From Rhodosorus marinus CCMP1338 (taxonomy: Eukaryota; Plantae; Rhodophyta): a stretch of 64,000 bases of DNA. Shown piece after piece: positions 49,894 to 62,619 of the stretch. The DNA lies in the NCBI GenBank assembly GCA_029953675.1, contig JAMWBK010000007.1, forward strand, positions 496,001 through 560,000. The letters run 5' to 3'. The position numbers were made by a program, and so were the translations under genes. The notes under the pieces were generated by a model, which searched no databases, had not been told where the DNA came from, and saw only the letters and a list, made by a program, of their open reading frames with translations. Position 1 is the stretch's first letter. Each line of letters begins with the position of its first letter.

Positions 49894-52847
49894 TCTCCAA
49901 GACGAATCTGTACAAAAGTCACCCACCCTCCCCTTCAGGCGAACCAAACCATGCAGAAAAAGCAAACATTCAGAAAATAAAAACAGACAAATACAACGTC
50001 TGCAACAAAAAGGTCTCTCCTTCTCTCCCCCCCTCTACCCACGAGAACGCTTCCAAATGCTTTCCTAAGTCTTAGTCTTCTTGTCAGATTCTCTAGTTGA
50101 CCAGCTTCCCGTGAAGTCGTCCATACACTTACCATCCCATTGATATTCCATCGCATGTGCCAGAGATATCCTCTGGGAACTCACTGAGGAGGAAGATTTG
50201 TTTACGCTTAGTTCTCGACAGCAACGAGAAAGGTCTGTAGGAAAGAGTGAGATAACACTGGACTTGTCTAGCGATCTGAACTGTCAACTAGAAGCAAGCA
50301 GTAGATGAGGGGTCCAGCAGTATAGATAGGACAACTTGAGCGTGAGGAGGGTGGTGAAAGGGGAATGGAGACTTTCCACACCATCTGCTTCATCAGAAAT
50401 CTGAGGGTTTGGCTGCGTATCAATCAGAATCGCCCGCCGTGTGTGGGAGCTGGTCCGTAAGGGAGCAGCGGCTACGTTGGTCACCGCAGGCACGCAAAAG
50501 ACGTCTTTTAGACTCGGGGTCGGTCTACGAGTCATACTATCACTCCAAGGCGTCCGGTGAACAAAATATGCCCAAAGCTCACGATTCTGGTTTCAAGGTT
50601 GGGCTTATGGCTCTTATCCACGCCAGAGGAAAGGCTGTGCTAGAAAAAGTCGGGCCATGATGCCCAGTACCTGGACGCTACGGGCCACTGAATACTCATC
50701 CAGAATGAGATCGTCCTCGAAGTAGCACCGCTGGCAACTCGCCAGCTGTAGTAAGGTCTGGCTGACTTGGCAGGCAGAGGATGTTCTGAGGAACCTCAGC
50801 AGCGGTTTACATCAGAGCAAATTTATGGCGACAATGAAACAAACCCTGATGTTTAGCCACGACGAGCCCGTTCCACTCCCAAAAGCATGACTGGACTAGC
50901 ACATTGCCAACGTGGGCTCAAACCAATTGCAGACCAGACGCCGGGTTTGTGAAGGCACTCTGAGTGCAATAGCCTCCCTACTGTCCGAATTCACTCTCAC
51001 CATCTCCACGGAATATCCAAAGTAGCTACATCTAGCGCGCTGCGAGCATTGCCCGCCTGGAGGATACTCTGATGGAGAATCCCATGGGAGGGGGGGACGG
51101 TGCGACGGGGTTTGACTAGTGGCGGTGTAGAGGTCGACTTTCTTGTGGAGAGTCCATGTGTGGTTGTCGAGATGGTAACATCGGGAAGCCGAGGCTGGTG
51201 TCCATACATATGGTGCAGTTGATTCTGGGGGAAAAAGCTGTCGACGAGACAGGTAGTCCCCGGGGGACCCCTAACCTTGGAAGATACCAAGAAGCTCCAG
51301 GGCAACACCTTCCTGAGAAACAGGCACGGGAGAAGTGATTGAAGCTCAGCTCTGAAGACTGCCAGTGGACTGGCGTGTTCTTCCTTACGGCCATGCGCAT
51401 TTCATTATTATTATGAAAATACAATGATTCCGATTTTTTCCGTTTCTTGCAGGCGGCTACGTTTTATTTTATTTTCGAAATTCATTTCCGCCTATTGGCG
51501 AAAAGCCCTCCCACCGGTTTCATATTTCGAACTTTCCGAGGGGTGGGAAATGAATGGATGAGATTCAATCTCATTGGCTGTGGAAAGCCATTCTCCCCCC
51601 CTTCCGTCCAACATTTATTTTGACAATTATCAATTATTTCTAAATTAAAGATTGAATTTTATTTTGGATTCGTCTTAGCGTTCTGTGGATGCTTGTGAAC
51701 AGACGGGGTAAACGTTCCAATGTGCATCCGCCAACTTTGGCTACCCGTCAAATTTCAATCTGTTTTTAAAGAACTTGCTATAATCGAGCGTGATCCACTA
51801 CCGCTGCCTTGGACCCGAAAACGCCAAGATACCGACCACGATGAACAAGAAAAACGAAAAAAATTCGGTACCCGAAATAACGGAAGCTTTCAAAGATTAA
51901 AAAAATTTAGCACCTCGCGTATATTCTTCACCAATGCATTGGCCAGTTAGATTCCCACTAACCAATTATCGTCCTCAACATATCCATTCGCTCCGAGATT
52001 TATACCCCTAACCATCCGCGCCCATAAAATCCGAAGTATACAATATTACAAAATTTATTCACATATTTTCTTGCGATATCCGCAAACAGACCCACCCATA
52101 AAAAACAAAAAAATGCACCACCCTTCTTTTTCTTACACTAGACATACAAAAACATATTTGTTTATACGATACTTTTGAGGAACCCCTCCAATTCGCCAAA
52201 TTGTAGTCACTCGTTGAGAACCTCTTGCGCCTCAAATACCCAGCCACGAACAAAGTATATTTATTAAAAAAACCAATGTAAACATATAAATGAAATTTTT
52301 TATCGGGTGGGACCTTTTTTCTTCAACAAAAGTAAAGAAAGTTACGAACCAGTTTTTCATTTAGGGGTGGGAGGGCTGGGTAGAAAGGAAAGGGTAAAGC
52401 TATCGAGTACCCCTATAAAAGTAGTGTGTTTTGAGAGACGGTTTGCGTGTTTGGAGATAGAAAGGTTTATGGGAAAGTCATTGGGAAACTGGTAAGGGAG
52501 TTGTAAGGGGTGGGTTTTTGTGGTAAAATTTTATTTTGGCGGGCGGGTGGAGGGGGTTGACAACGTGTGGCAAGGAGTTTCCACTACCGTTTATGGAGGA
52601 GCGGTGGTGAAGAGGCTTTTTAAAGTTTTTTCTGTAGGTTTTCGATGGGGATAGTGAATATAATGTTTGGATCTAAGGTGAAGATGGTTGGGAGGAGGAG
52701 GGAGGAAGGGGAATTGGGATGGATTTTGATGGAGTGAAGGTGAAGTTGTTGTTGTGTTGTTTTGTACTGTATCATTAGGGTTTTTGATTTGGAGGTTTTT
52801 GTGGTGGTGTTGTATTAATTTTTTTCTTTTTTGTGTGGGTGTGTAGA

Positions 52848-53189
52848 ATGTGTGAGGGTTTTGTTGGTTCTGTGCCTTTGGGTGCCTCGAGGACGAGAAG
52901 TAGGAATGAGGTGGTTTGTAGTGCTCTGCATGCGTACAAGTATTGGGCTGGTACTGCTCCGGTGAGGCGGGTTCCGAGAGGCCGTAACGCCAGGAAGAAT
53001 ATTCAGGATGCGCATGATTTCAAGACGTATATGTACTTGAGGAGACGGCTTTCGGTGTGGAGCGAGACTTTCAGGGATCGGCATGGTAGGATTCCCACTT
53101 TGACGGACGTGAAGCTCGCGAACATCGAGGGATTGGAGGATATGTTCTTACAGTACATTAACGTCCGGGACAGGCTGTGGAAGGACTAG
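52848..53189 (+). CDS. Small, probably plastid-targeted protein with an SLD2/FAM13-like helical motif
   Basis: The N-terminus MCEGFVGSVPLGASRTRSRNEVVC is transit-peptide-like. The motif LRRRLSVWSETFRDRHGRIPTLTDV...MFLQYINVR resembles LKxWExxFxxxHGRxPxxxD...Y. Confidence 0.65.
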   Translation: MCEGFVGSVPLGASRTRSRNEVVCSALHAYKYWAGTAPVRRVPRGRNARKNIQDAHDFKTYMYLRRRLSVWSETFRDRHGRIPTLTDVKLANIEGLEDMFLQYINVRDRLWKD

Positions 53190-53964
53190 AAGCGTAGGCC
53201 AGTGTAATTCTGGTGCTTTTTTTTTCTAACTGTATGAAAATTAACCACATTGTACAGCTCAACATCTTGGCGGTGGAGTTTTTCAAGAAGGATTCGTCCT
53301 CTTGCGAAGGAGTGGGGTTCTCATTGGCGCCTTGATTCATAATCTCCTTCCTCTACATTCTCGAAAGGGCCCGCGAAAATTGTGCTCTTCCCGCTCTGAG
53401 ACGATCGGGATGGCTTCACAGTGCGCCTTCCATAGAAGAGCGAAGCGAACAGTTTCTGAGCAGGAAGTGAATTTCCGACATCTGTTTCGCACTAGGTGGG
53501 AGATGTGCTCGAGTATTCTAAGGTAGCGCATCGTCTAAGAAGCATGTAGTTGGGGGAAGAGGGGGTTCTCCATAGCAATTGTGTAACATATAAAAAGAAC
53601 ATGCGCGAAAGCCATCAATTTCTATGCTCCGCTCCCATTGAATCCGGTCAGCAGCCGAAGAGGGGCCTGGATCCAGGCTTGACATCTCAATGCAACCTAT
53701 TTTGGGCAGATGTTCTTGAGCTCGCTACTTTCTACCCGGGTTTTACGCTCGAAAACGGTGAGATAGTTGGGCTAAAACACGAGAATCGCTTCACTTTACA
53801 TCAGTGCTTGCCATTGATATTCACTCTTAAATATGTGCAAGCTTCTGGTAACCTGCGATTTCAGCTATCACAATCCCAGCAATACGAAAAAGCTCTACGC
53901 TTGAATCAGGCGCGCCATGTCCTCTCGACGATCCAGTTCCTAGCGGATCTTGAGTGAATCAAGA

Positions 53965-56900
53965 TCACGTCATTTCGTATGAGACAAAGACGTCGAAGGT
54001 TGCCTCACGCCTGCAGTATCGAGACATATCCGCAAGCAGCGCCTTAAATCTTCGCTTGTTGGGGCTGCTGAGAACGGCTGCAAAACACCTGTTGCGCAAA
54101 CCCGCCAACCGAGCAAGAACAAAGCGATGGAGAAAATTATCACGAGAGGTCAGAATCCCAGAGTTTGGAGCGGGCCCGCGGGTAGTTCAAGATACCTCTC
54201 CAGAAGAATTTTTTCCTCCTTTTGTATCCACGAGACTGGTACCCCATCCATGTCCAGAGCAGAGACGATGGCGGCGATGGCATCGAACTCTTCGCTCGAG
54301 TTGAAAACGACGGCCATTAAGACTTCAGCGGAGGCGGCTGGACAAACGTTGGCGTACAGGAGGCAAAAGACACGAGTTCTGGTTAGCACAGATGAGAACA
54401 AACTTCTTGGCTCAAAAACTTTCAGCCGAGCACCAAAAGCAAAACCCTGATTGAGACCCCTACCTTCCAATCGACGCGACTTCACGCTTCCGGAAACAAC
54501 CAGTAGGCTTTGCAAAAGAAGCGCACCGTGCTTTGCGAGGAACGGCGATACGTGACTCTTGATGACTCCGCTATGGTACATCAGACTTCTCCACCACCGC
54601 AACACCTCCTGAGCGTTTTGTACCGGAACGTGGTTGAGAGCCAGTATTCCAATCTGCGCGAGATCCGAAAAGTTCGTCGCCAGCGCTTCAGGAGTGTGGG
54701 CCAGCGTCGTCTGGAGCACGCGGAAGATTCCGTCCAAAAGCTCGCCAGAGATCGTGCAGTCTGGTACAGCGAGGAGCTCCTTGGCCGCGGTCACTGTCTT
54801 GGACACGGACAGTGTAACCGAGGACACACCGGTTGGGGTAGCATCAGAGCAAGCAACTACTGCCTCACTTTGCACTCGGAGCCATCGCGGTTCAGAGCCC
54901 CTGGAGCTCAGAAAGGCATCGGCAACGAGTTGTAGCACTGCTGAGGCTACTTCTCTGTTTGGAGGGCCCCGCTTGGTCTCATCATCGGAGATCCGACCAG
55001 CAACTGCAACTTCTAGAAGGCCGCACAGACTGTCCACCAGGTGAAAGTCTTCTCGAGCCCAGGAGGACATCGCGATAACCGAGACAGGTTCGGAAAGGCC
55101 CCTAATCACCTGAGCGGAGGCCTCCGGGTTATTGAAGGACCGCAACACAGCCGCGAGGGTAGCCAACGTCAACCCAAGCTTCGCTCTTGCCAAAACGTTG
55201 TCCATGGCACCAGTAAAGCTCTGCACTCTCATCGAAAGCGGCGTAACAATACCCTCGATGGCCGAGGATTGCGCTTCGCTCGTAGGCAGCTCTCCAGCAG
55301 CCGTCCCAAGAGCACTGGCAATGTTAGTGGAAGCAGTAACGGACAAAGCGTCCATTTCTTTCACGAACAGGGTCAAAAGCTCGTCGCAGTGCGGCATAAG
55401 TCGATTCGGGGAGATTTGTGCTACCGCGTACAGCGCTGAGGAGGCCGAATTCGGCTCTAGCCGTAGGACTTTTCCCAAATTCTGCATGCAGATGGTGAAT
55501 AGCGCGTCATCCTGGGCTATCACCTGCGCGTAGTTCTGAACGAGCATCATGCCTGTCTTAGCCAACTGGAGGGGAAGATTTGCCTCGTACCGCTTGGACA
55601 GAGGAATCTTCAGTGCGCGATTCAGGCTTTCAAGGGCATGGGGAGCAAACTGCGACGAGTCTTCGCCTTCTCCTCCCACAGCTAACGCAAATAGTACTGC
55701 CTCCTGCTCCTCTGGATGGGCTTGATACCGGGTTTCATCTGCAACCTCGGCTAAAAGCGGAATTACACATTGTATGTACACATCCGTTCCCATTGCTATG
55801 CACGCCTCCAGCAAGGCGTCCTGTAGAAACGTTCTCACGTGCATCGCTTCATCTACAACAAGCTCATCACTCCAAAAGGAAGTATCCGTTTCCGGTGGTA
55901 GTTTACACCACGTGATAATCGTCTTCACCGCGTGCGGCAGCTGATCCGTCACGGCGTGAACGGAGGAAGATTCTTCCCTCAGAGCCGCCGCGCTGGCTGC
56001 TAAAATGGTCCATCCATCCACTGCCGCAATACCAACACTTCTCCGAGGGCTTTGCAAGCAGTTCAAGAGGAGCTCGACCAAAACTGCTGCGGCTTCTAGC
56101 CTGTCTATGGATTCATTCCTCAGTAAACCCTCAATATTTCCTTCCGCCGCCGCGGCGCAAGTCACGGCTATGACGTGAGCCTGAACGCTTTCCATACCCG
56201 TCTCGTTCATGACAGCCCGCAGTGCCTCACACATTCGTACAATGGCTGATGCGCCAACGTCGCCATCGGCCAAGTCCTCCTCCAGCGCCTCACCAGCCGC
56301 TTCGCACAGCTCCGGATCACGAACAGCGCTGCACAGGATATCGATCAATGCGCCCCTAGCCGCATGCGCCCGCCATAGACGCAGACACCGCACCGCAGCG
56401 AGCTTTTGTGTCGCGCTCGAGTCCGGTTTCGACAGAACCGAGCTGGCCTCCCCAACCGCGTGCTTGCACTGATCCTTTGCGAAATCCCTTCGCTCTTTAT
56501 CCCTGTCCGCCGAGCCGCTGGCACTAGCATCCCATTCCTGAATGAGCGCACCAAGCATCTCGCACTGTACATCGACGGTTCGCGCAGCCGCCATCGCTGC
56601 CTGCCAAGCTGACGGCCTTTCTTGAGAGCTTACTCTCGCAACGCATATACCAGCTGCCGTGCAGGAGCTTTCTACCGCGACCGACAAGCCCTTTGTCGCA
56701 GCGGCGGTCATTACCATGAGCGCGAGGTTAAACGCACCGACCCTATCATGTTCGGGGATCGAACTCCAAAGGACTCGAATCTTCTCCTCGACAGCCGTAG
56801 CTGCAAAGTGAAGCGCTATCGGCGGAGCATTCTTGTTAACCGCCACATCAGACGCGATCTTCCATATCGCACTGCTGCTCCGAACGTTTCTCAGGAACGC

Positions 56901-57011
56901 ATCAGCAGAAGCAATCTGCTCCGGCGCAGAGGTCGGCGTCACAAGGACCTCGAGAGCCGAATAAACCCTTTCAGCATCCCCCGGATTCGCCCCCGCAGCC
57001 TCGCCACTCAT
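53965..57011 (-). CDS. Importin-beta family karyopherin (transportin-3/importin-13-like), about 3 exons
   Basis: The roughly 950-aa protein is Ala/Leu-rich and HEAT-like. The N-terminal importin-beta motif reads VYSALEVL...IASADAFL...SSAIWKIA...LHFAATAVEEKIRVLW. The C-terminus is RRFKALLADMSRYCRREATFDVFVSYEMT* after two short introns. Confidence 0.8.
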
Positions 57012-57405
57012 CCTCAAGTCTCCTTCAAGCAACCCCAAACCCTCCAAAAACTAACCCGCTCCCATCTTCCAAAATCCACACCCCTCCCCCCCCCCAAGTA
57101 ACCTCGGGTACTCCAATCTTCTGATCAAATCATCAAGACCAGGTTTCTCAAATCTTACTCCTTAATCCATCCCACCATACATCGACAACTATACCCAAAG
57201 CTCACACTCATTCACACCATCCCCATTAGCCACTATGGCCTTAACTCCATTGCCGGAAACCCATCCCCAACAGCAGTTTGACAAACCCGCCGTCAAAAAA
57301 ATTAACAAAACATAAGTGTCCCATTCCAAACAAAAAACCAAAGAAATTCCACAAAACAGTTTCCCAAAAAATCCAAAATTTTAGCCATTAAGAAAGTCGA
57401 TGATT

Positions 57406-57473
57406 CTCAAAAAAAACCCTGTCCCAAATTTTTGCCACCGGGACAATGGGCAAATTGGGACAGGTTTTTTGAG
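57406..57473. repeat. Imperfect inverted repeat between divergent genes
   Basis: The left arm CTCAAAAAAAACCCTGTCCCAAATTTTTGCC and the reverse complement of the right arm CTCAAAAAACCTGTCCCAATTTGCC differ only in homopolymer lengths. The 12-nt loop contains a third GGGACAA. Confidence 0.75.
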
Positions 57474-58243
57474 GGTTATGTAAGAGTGTGTTGTGGTTGT
57501 AGATCGGCTTTGATGGACTGCGATCAGTTGTGGAAGCGCTTCTGAAGATCCTTGGAACATTTTTTGGGTATTGAAGAGATTACCCTTTGTATTTTTGTCC
57601 AGAAGTCCTTTAAAAACTTGACTGTGGACCCTGTCGCAGTGGGTTTGGTTTTATTGGTCCCGTCTGCTGGTTGCTGCTTTTGGCGCTGGTCGATGCTGGA
57701 GCTTTAACACCCGTTTGATCGGCTGTAGAACTTTGTTTAGGATTCCCCGTCCTGTAAGTTTTTCAGACTGTCCTCTTTCCCGTTTCTTAGCCAGGCTACC
57801 GTAGCTTTGAGGAGGTCGATGCACAGACTGGGACACGGCGTGCCCGGTTTGTAGATCCTTTGTAGATGGCTGTTGTTGACCTCAGATAGCCAACGTTTAT
57901 TTGTGGAATCGTTTCTGAATATCGTTGATGCATCCTATGGCGTGTCCTATACCTACTTTCTCACCCAAATACCGCGCCAACACAAGATGATTTGGACATT
58001 ATTTGAACCGGTGTTCGGGATTTATGCTGGAGTGAGGATAGATGTGCACTGGAGCGCGTGCAGGGTGAGGTTAAAGCTGCAGTTGTCCATTTGCGAGTGT
58101 TTTTGGGCGATTTGAGCTGGACTTGCCGATTGTTGTTCACCTGATAGTAGCGATGAATGCTTTTGGTTCTTAAGGAGCAGCTAGATTGGTTTCTGTGGAT
58201 AGTTGCGACCCATCTTCCCGGATCCTGACACGTTGAGTACAGG

Positions 58244-59336
58244 ATGGCTCTAGCTTCTATCTACCAGCGTTTTGTGGCGCCGTCACTTGACCTCTTCCAG
58301 CGTCCTGCGTTTAAAGCTGCTTTGGATTCAAGAATGTACCAGATGATCACCGGTGTCGACCCCAACGAACTTGTTCACCCGGATGATGTCCGAGATTTTG
58401 TGAGCAATGCGATTCTGCAACAGAGTGTACGTCTGGCGAATTCTCAACGAGATGCCACACATCTGGCACCACCGCTGACACCGTTCTTCCTGCGAAGCGA
58501 AAACGAAAAGGCCAAGTTCCAGCGATCGTCGAAAGTTATCGACGAACCTGTGGAGGTGTCTGCCGAGCTGCAAAAGCGGTTGTTGGACATGAACGGCTTT
58601 CTCGTTCACAGACGGAAATCTACAATCGAGAACGCTGGATGGGGGCTTTTCATGGAAGGATCGGTACCACCTGGGACGGTTATCGCGTTCGTGCCTGGAA
58701 CGGTCTACGCAATTGACCAGCTCCAGAGTAAGCTGATCCACTGGAATTATACTCTCCATGAGCTGCCTCAAAAACGACGCACTAAGTCCTAAGCTGTTCC
58801 GACCTCCCTCGCACTCCTGTTGTTTAGGTATTCCTGGATATCCCAATCTTCTTCGCCCAAAGTTAACGATGTCGGTGGGGCTCGACGGGACATTGATCGA
58901 CTCGGACGATGATCTCGGTATGGAAATGTACACTGATCTAGAATGGCACAAGAAGGACAAGCCGAATCCGTACTGGATTCTCCAGAATTCCTATGCATCA
59001 GGTCACTTCGCAAACCACCCACCAAAGAATGGAATCCACAACTGCTGCAGTTTTTCCGTCAGGTTCGGCCTGGAAGAGCGCAACTTTTTGAAGAACTTGC
59101 TTCCTTATGTACAGTGCCGGAAAACGCGAAACTTTAACTACATTCGCAAGTATTTCTTGATGATCGATGCGAACGTAATCCCCGGGATCGTACTTGTATC
59201 AACGACGGACATTAACGATGGAGACGAAATCTTTCGCAACTACCAGTTTAACCCGAAGATCCCCAAAGAGAAAGTGCCAGACTGGTACTGGGATCCCGAT
59301 CCCGCGCTCACAGAGCTTCGATGGGAATCAAGGTAG
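58244..59336 (+). CDS. SETD9: SETD9-like SET-domain methyltransferase, 2 exons
   Basis: Motifs include KSTIENAGWGLFMEGSVPPGTVIAFVPGTVY, DGTLID, GHFANHPP, IVLVSTTDINDGDEIFRNY and PDWY. The intron is about 58728-58828. Confidence 0.8.
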
Positions 59337-59529
59337 GCAACTCAGAACCAGCGGAACGAGGTTTGCCGGGTTGTTGGTTGCTGTGATTCCAGAGTCCTGT
59401 CTTGTAGTGCCGAAAGCATACACCATGAGACACCCATTCTCACCTGCATCGTCTGAGCTGACGTGGATCCTCAGCCATTGTCCAAACTACTTGACCAAAG
59501 AAAAACGTGGGCCTTGGAACCATTCGAAA

Positions 59530-59644
59530 GAATGTTCCGGCGAATGTTCCGGTGAATGTTACGGCGAATGTGGCGAATGTTCCAGCGAATGTTCCAGCGA
59601 ATGTTCCGGCGAATGTTCCGGCGAATGTTCCGCCGAATTGTCCC
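59530..59644. repeat. 12-bp minisatellite (GAATGTTCCRGC) of about 9.5 units
   Basis: Consecutive units start at 59530, 59542, 59554, 59566 (a 9-bp unit), 59575, 59587, 59599, 59611 and 59623. An isolated copy lies near 59697. Confidence 0.92.
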
Positions 59645-60012
59645 AGTAATTTTTCTGCCAAAAGTTGAAATGACTGTGTAATTGGCCACTCTGGCGAATG
59701 TTCCGGTGGCCGTTCAAGGCCGTGGTCAAGTGAAAGTAATATTGGCCTGTGTCGGCCACTGTTCAAGCCAGTGTTCCTTCGTAAATTTCAACGGGTTGGG
59801 CCCGGCCAAGTTTGGGGCGAGTATTCCGGCGATTGCTACTATACATTTTGGAGAGTTCCAATCCGATGACCTCATCAACTGGAAACGTCCATGTTCTCGA
59901 CTCTGAGATGTTCTAGTTACAGTTCCATAAGTTTTGTGCAGCTTTGATACAATAAAAACAAAAATATATGATTAGCAGGACTACTGTTGCCACAAGAAGC
60001 AACGAGGCTCGA

Positions 60013-61050
60013 TTAGATGTAGAAATCATTGTTCACCGCCTCCTTTGAGGTTGAGGCTTCGTCTGTATCACCCGAACCTCCTCTCCGACGATGTGCCTCC
60101 GGTGGTTGGCTTGGTTGCTTCTGAAGGAACACTCCTCGAAAAAAGCTTTGTAGTCTGTTCTCGATGCCACTACGCTCTTGTGATACTTCCTCAAGAAACT
60201 TGGCTTCTTCTGGTTCATGTTCGTTGCTTGACGCAAGGCTATCATCCGTCCTAACGTCAGAACCATCCGCCAGCCGAGCTTGTTCCGCTGCGTCGAAGAC
60301 GACATCTAGCCGTTCTGTTATTTCCACACGAGTAAGGGCCAACGGGAGTGACAAAGGTAAGCGAAGAAAAAATGAATGAATAATGGGCGTTTCCGTGATG
60401 GATTCTGTCAGAATTCGGAGGGGGGCGGAGTCGACGCCTTACGTTGGAGAGCGCCAATAAGCTCCTTTAAGTCAGCTTCCACCTCCATTAGCCTGGAAGC
60501 AGTCACGTCCTGGACCTCGCCGTTTACGAGCTCACGCAAAAACTGCCTTCCGTGTTCCATCTCCTTCTCGAGGGCATCTGCGAAGAGCTCGAGGGTCTCA
60601 TCCTCGAACTTCTTAAGCCAATCCGTGACTGCGCGGGATTCAATGTCAGACATCCCCGAGTTCCCGTAGAATAGGGCCTCCTCAGCTTCCATCTCCACTT
60701 CAAAGGAGATATCCTTCTCTGTCAAGTACTCGCCAGCCGGTGGATACTTGAGCTCGTCAAACTCTACAGTATCGGCTGGAAGATTCCATTTCCGTCTTCT
60801 AGTTCTTCGCCTGCCATAACTCATAGGAACAACGAGCTGGATCTCTTCCACAGTAATAGCTTTTACCATGTTGAAAAGACGTGCCCTAAGATGCAGAAAA
60901 TCACACTGGAGCACGAAAGCAGCTCTGACCGGGAAGACTCCTTCCCCTCACCAAGAAATTTTGTCCTTCCCGACAAGGAATTTCGCAAGAAGACGAGCCA
61001 ACTTTGATCTTGGCTTCCGAGGACAACTTTCCCCATGAAGAGTACAAAGC
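60013..61050 (-). CDS. Multi-exon gene of unknown function (acidic, helical), possibly extending further 5'
   Basis: The long open segments 60408-60914 and 60013-60354 have coding-like composition. An upstream exon KLARLLAKFLVGKDKISW joins via a GTGAGG donor. No family was recognised. Confidence 0.55.
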
Positions 61051-62619
61051 TACGACGCAGGGAAAAGGAGTCGATACCATTCGTTTCAGCTAGTGCTTGA
61101 GGCCATTGCCAGGCGTGGGGGAAAGAAGGTAGCCGGAACTGTTGCCTCTCCTGTGGTGAGCTTCAGCATTCAATCGACGCAGGACACGAATCTCACAGTT
61201 GCTGAGTTTGAGTCAACCATTGCAAGTTGCTTTTGTGAAGAAGACTGGCTAGAATGCCAGTTCGATACGCCCTCGTGCTGTTTGCTTGGGATTCTAAGGA
61301 GCAGACAAACACAAAGTTTTCAGGGTGCTTCGAAGCGAATGTAGTGAAAGACAAAGGAACAGGAAACGGGTCGAGACGCCGAACGTTCGTACAGGAATAA
61401 CTCCAGGCTGCCGAACCTACCCATTCGGATCGTCGTGAGGATTGCAAGCACTTGGCTGGGACGTCACTCTCCACTGGAAAACTATCACAGCTTTCAAGCG
61501 AGCGCTGACGAACTCATCGCCGCTAGCGTGGAATGTATCCGAAATTTTCGCAGTCAACATCGTAGGGGATTCAGCTACGGTGGGTTATAGAATGCCTGAA
61601 CAGTCTAGTACAAACCCAGTCTAGCAAACAGATAGCAAGATCACTGAACAGTCTCACGGGAAACCTCCTGGTCGCCAAGGCTGCAATCCTGCCGTAGACG
61701 AACCCCTCCCCAGGCTAAACACAACTCGATTTCGGACGTATGTGGTTGAATATCAAAGCAGGCTCCACAGGAGGCTAAAAGCACAGCTCAACGTTCTTTC
61801 CTCAAAGAGCTTTGACAGAGCCTTCTAGCCTTTGGCCAGATCGTCCAGTGCGACCGCCAATCCTGCCCGAGACGAACTCAAACCACCACAAGCGTCGTTA
61901 GGGCGGTCGATCAAACAAGATGTGGAAGGTGGGGGTTGATAGCAACCCTGTTGAGAGGGGCAATTCTTTGGATTCCACGCTATGAGAGTGAATATAGCTA
62001 TTAGCTCCTAGCGCTTCCTAGTAAGAAGAGGTTACATCCTTGTGGCTGCCCACTTTCTATGTCCTCAGACACCCTCCCGGAAGTTGGCAGACTCGTCCTC
62101 AAAACGGAAAGCAAAGCTTCGAGATCTTCTATCCTGCGGAAGCTGGGAAGCTGGTGGGGGAAAACTGCTCCCGTTCGGTGCCGCTGGGGTGACTAGGGTT
62201 TCTAGATAAGGATTTGGGAAGAGGATAGAGGAGCTGGCATGGTTAGTTGAGCTGACCTTCTTTTTGACTCGGTTTTGTCTGGCGAGAGAAGCTGGAAAGG
62301 ACGATACGTTTATAATGAGGATAGAGAAGCAGTGGATTAGTTGGACGGGAATAATTTTGTTTGTTATCTTGGTGGTGGGAGGAAAAGTCTTGTTTATACG
62401 AGAGCTAGGGTTTTTAGGTTTTTGAGGATAGGGAAGAGGTAGGAGGCGGGAGGACTGTACTTCGGACTGACGTTTTTGAGAGGTTTTCGCTGGTGGGGAG
62501 GATGTAAGAGGAGAACACAGTTTTTAGATTTGTATGGATAGGAAGTAGCGAGGGAGGTGCGAGCTGTGTTTTAGTTGGGGACTGCTGGTTTTTAGGTGTT
62601 TGGTCGGCGGGGAGGAAAG

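Noticed and set aside
53550-53957. 135-aa plus-strand ORF
   Set aside because: It has no recognisable motif or typical leader and lies in the 3' flank of the importin gene.
54510-57101. Several plus-strand ORFs over the importin gene
   Set aside because: They are antisense shadows of a long GC-rich coding region.
59530-59644. CRISPR-like array
   Set aside because: The units are contiguous 12-mers with no unique spacers, there are no cas genes, and the context is eukaryotic.
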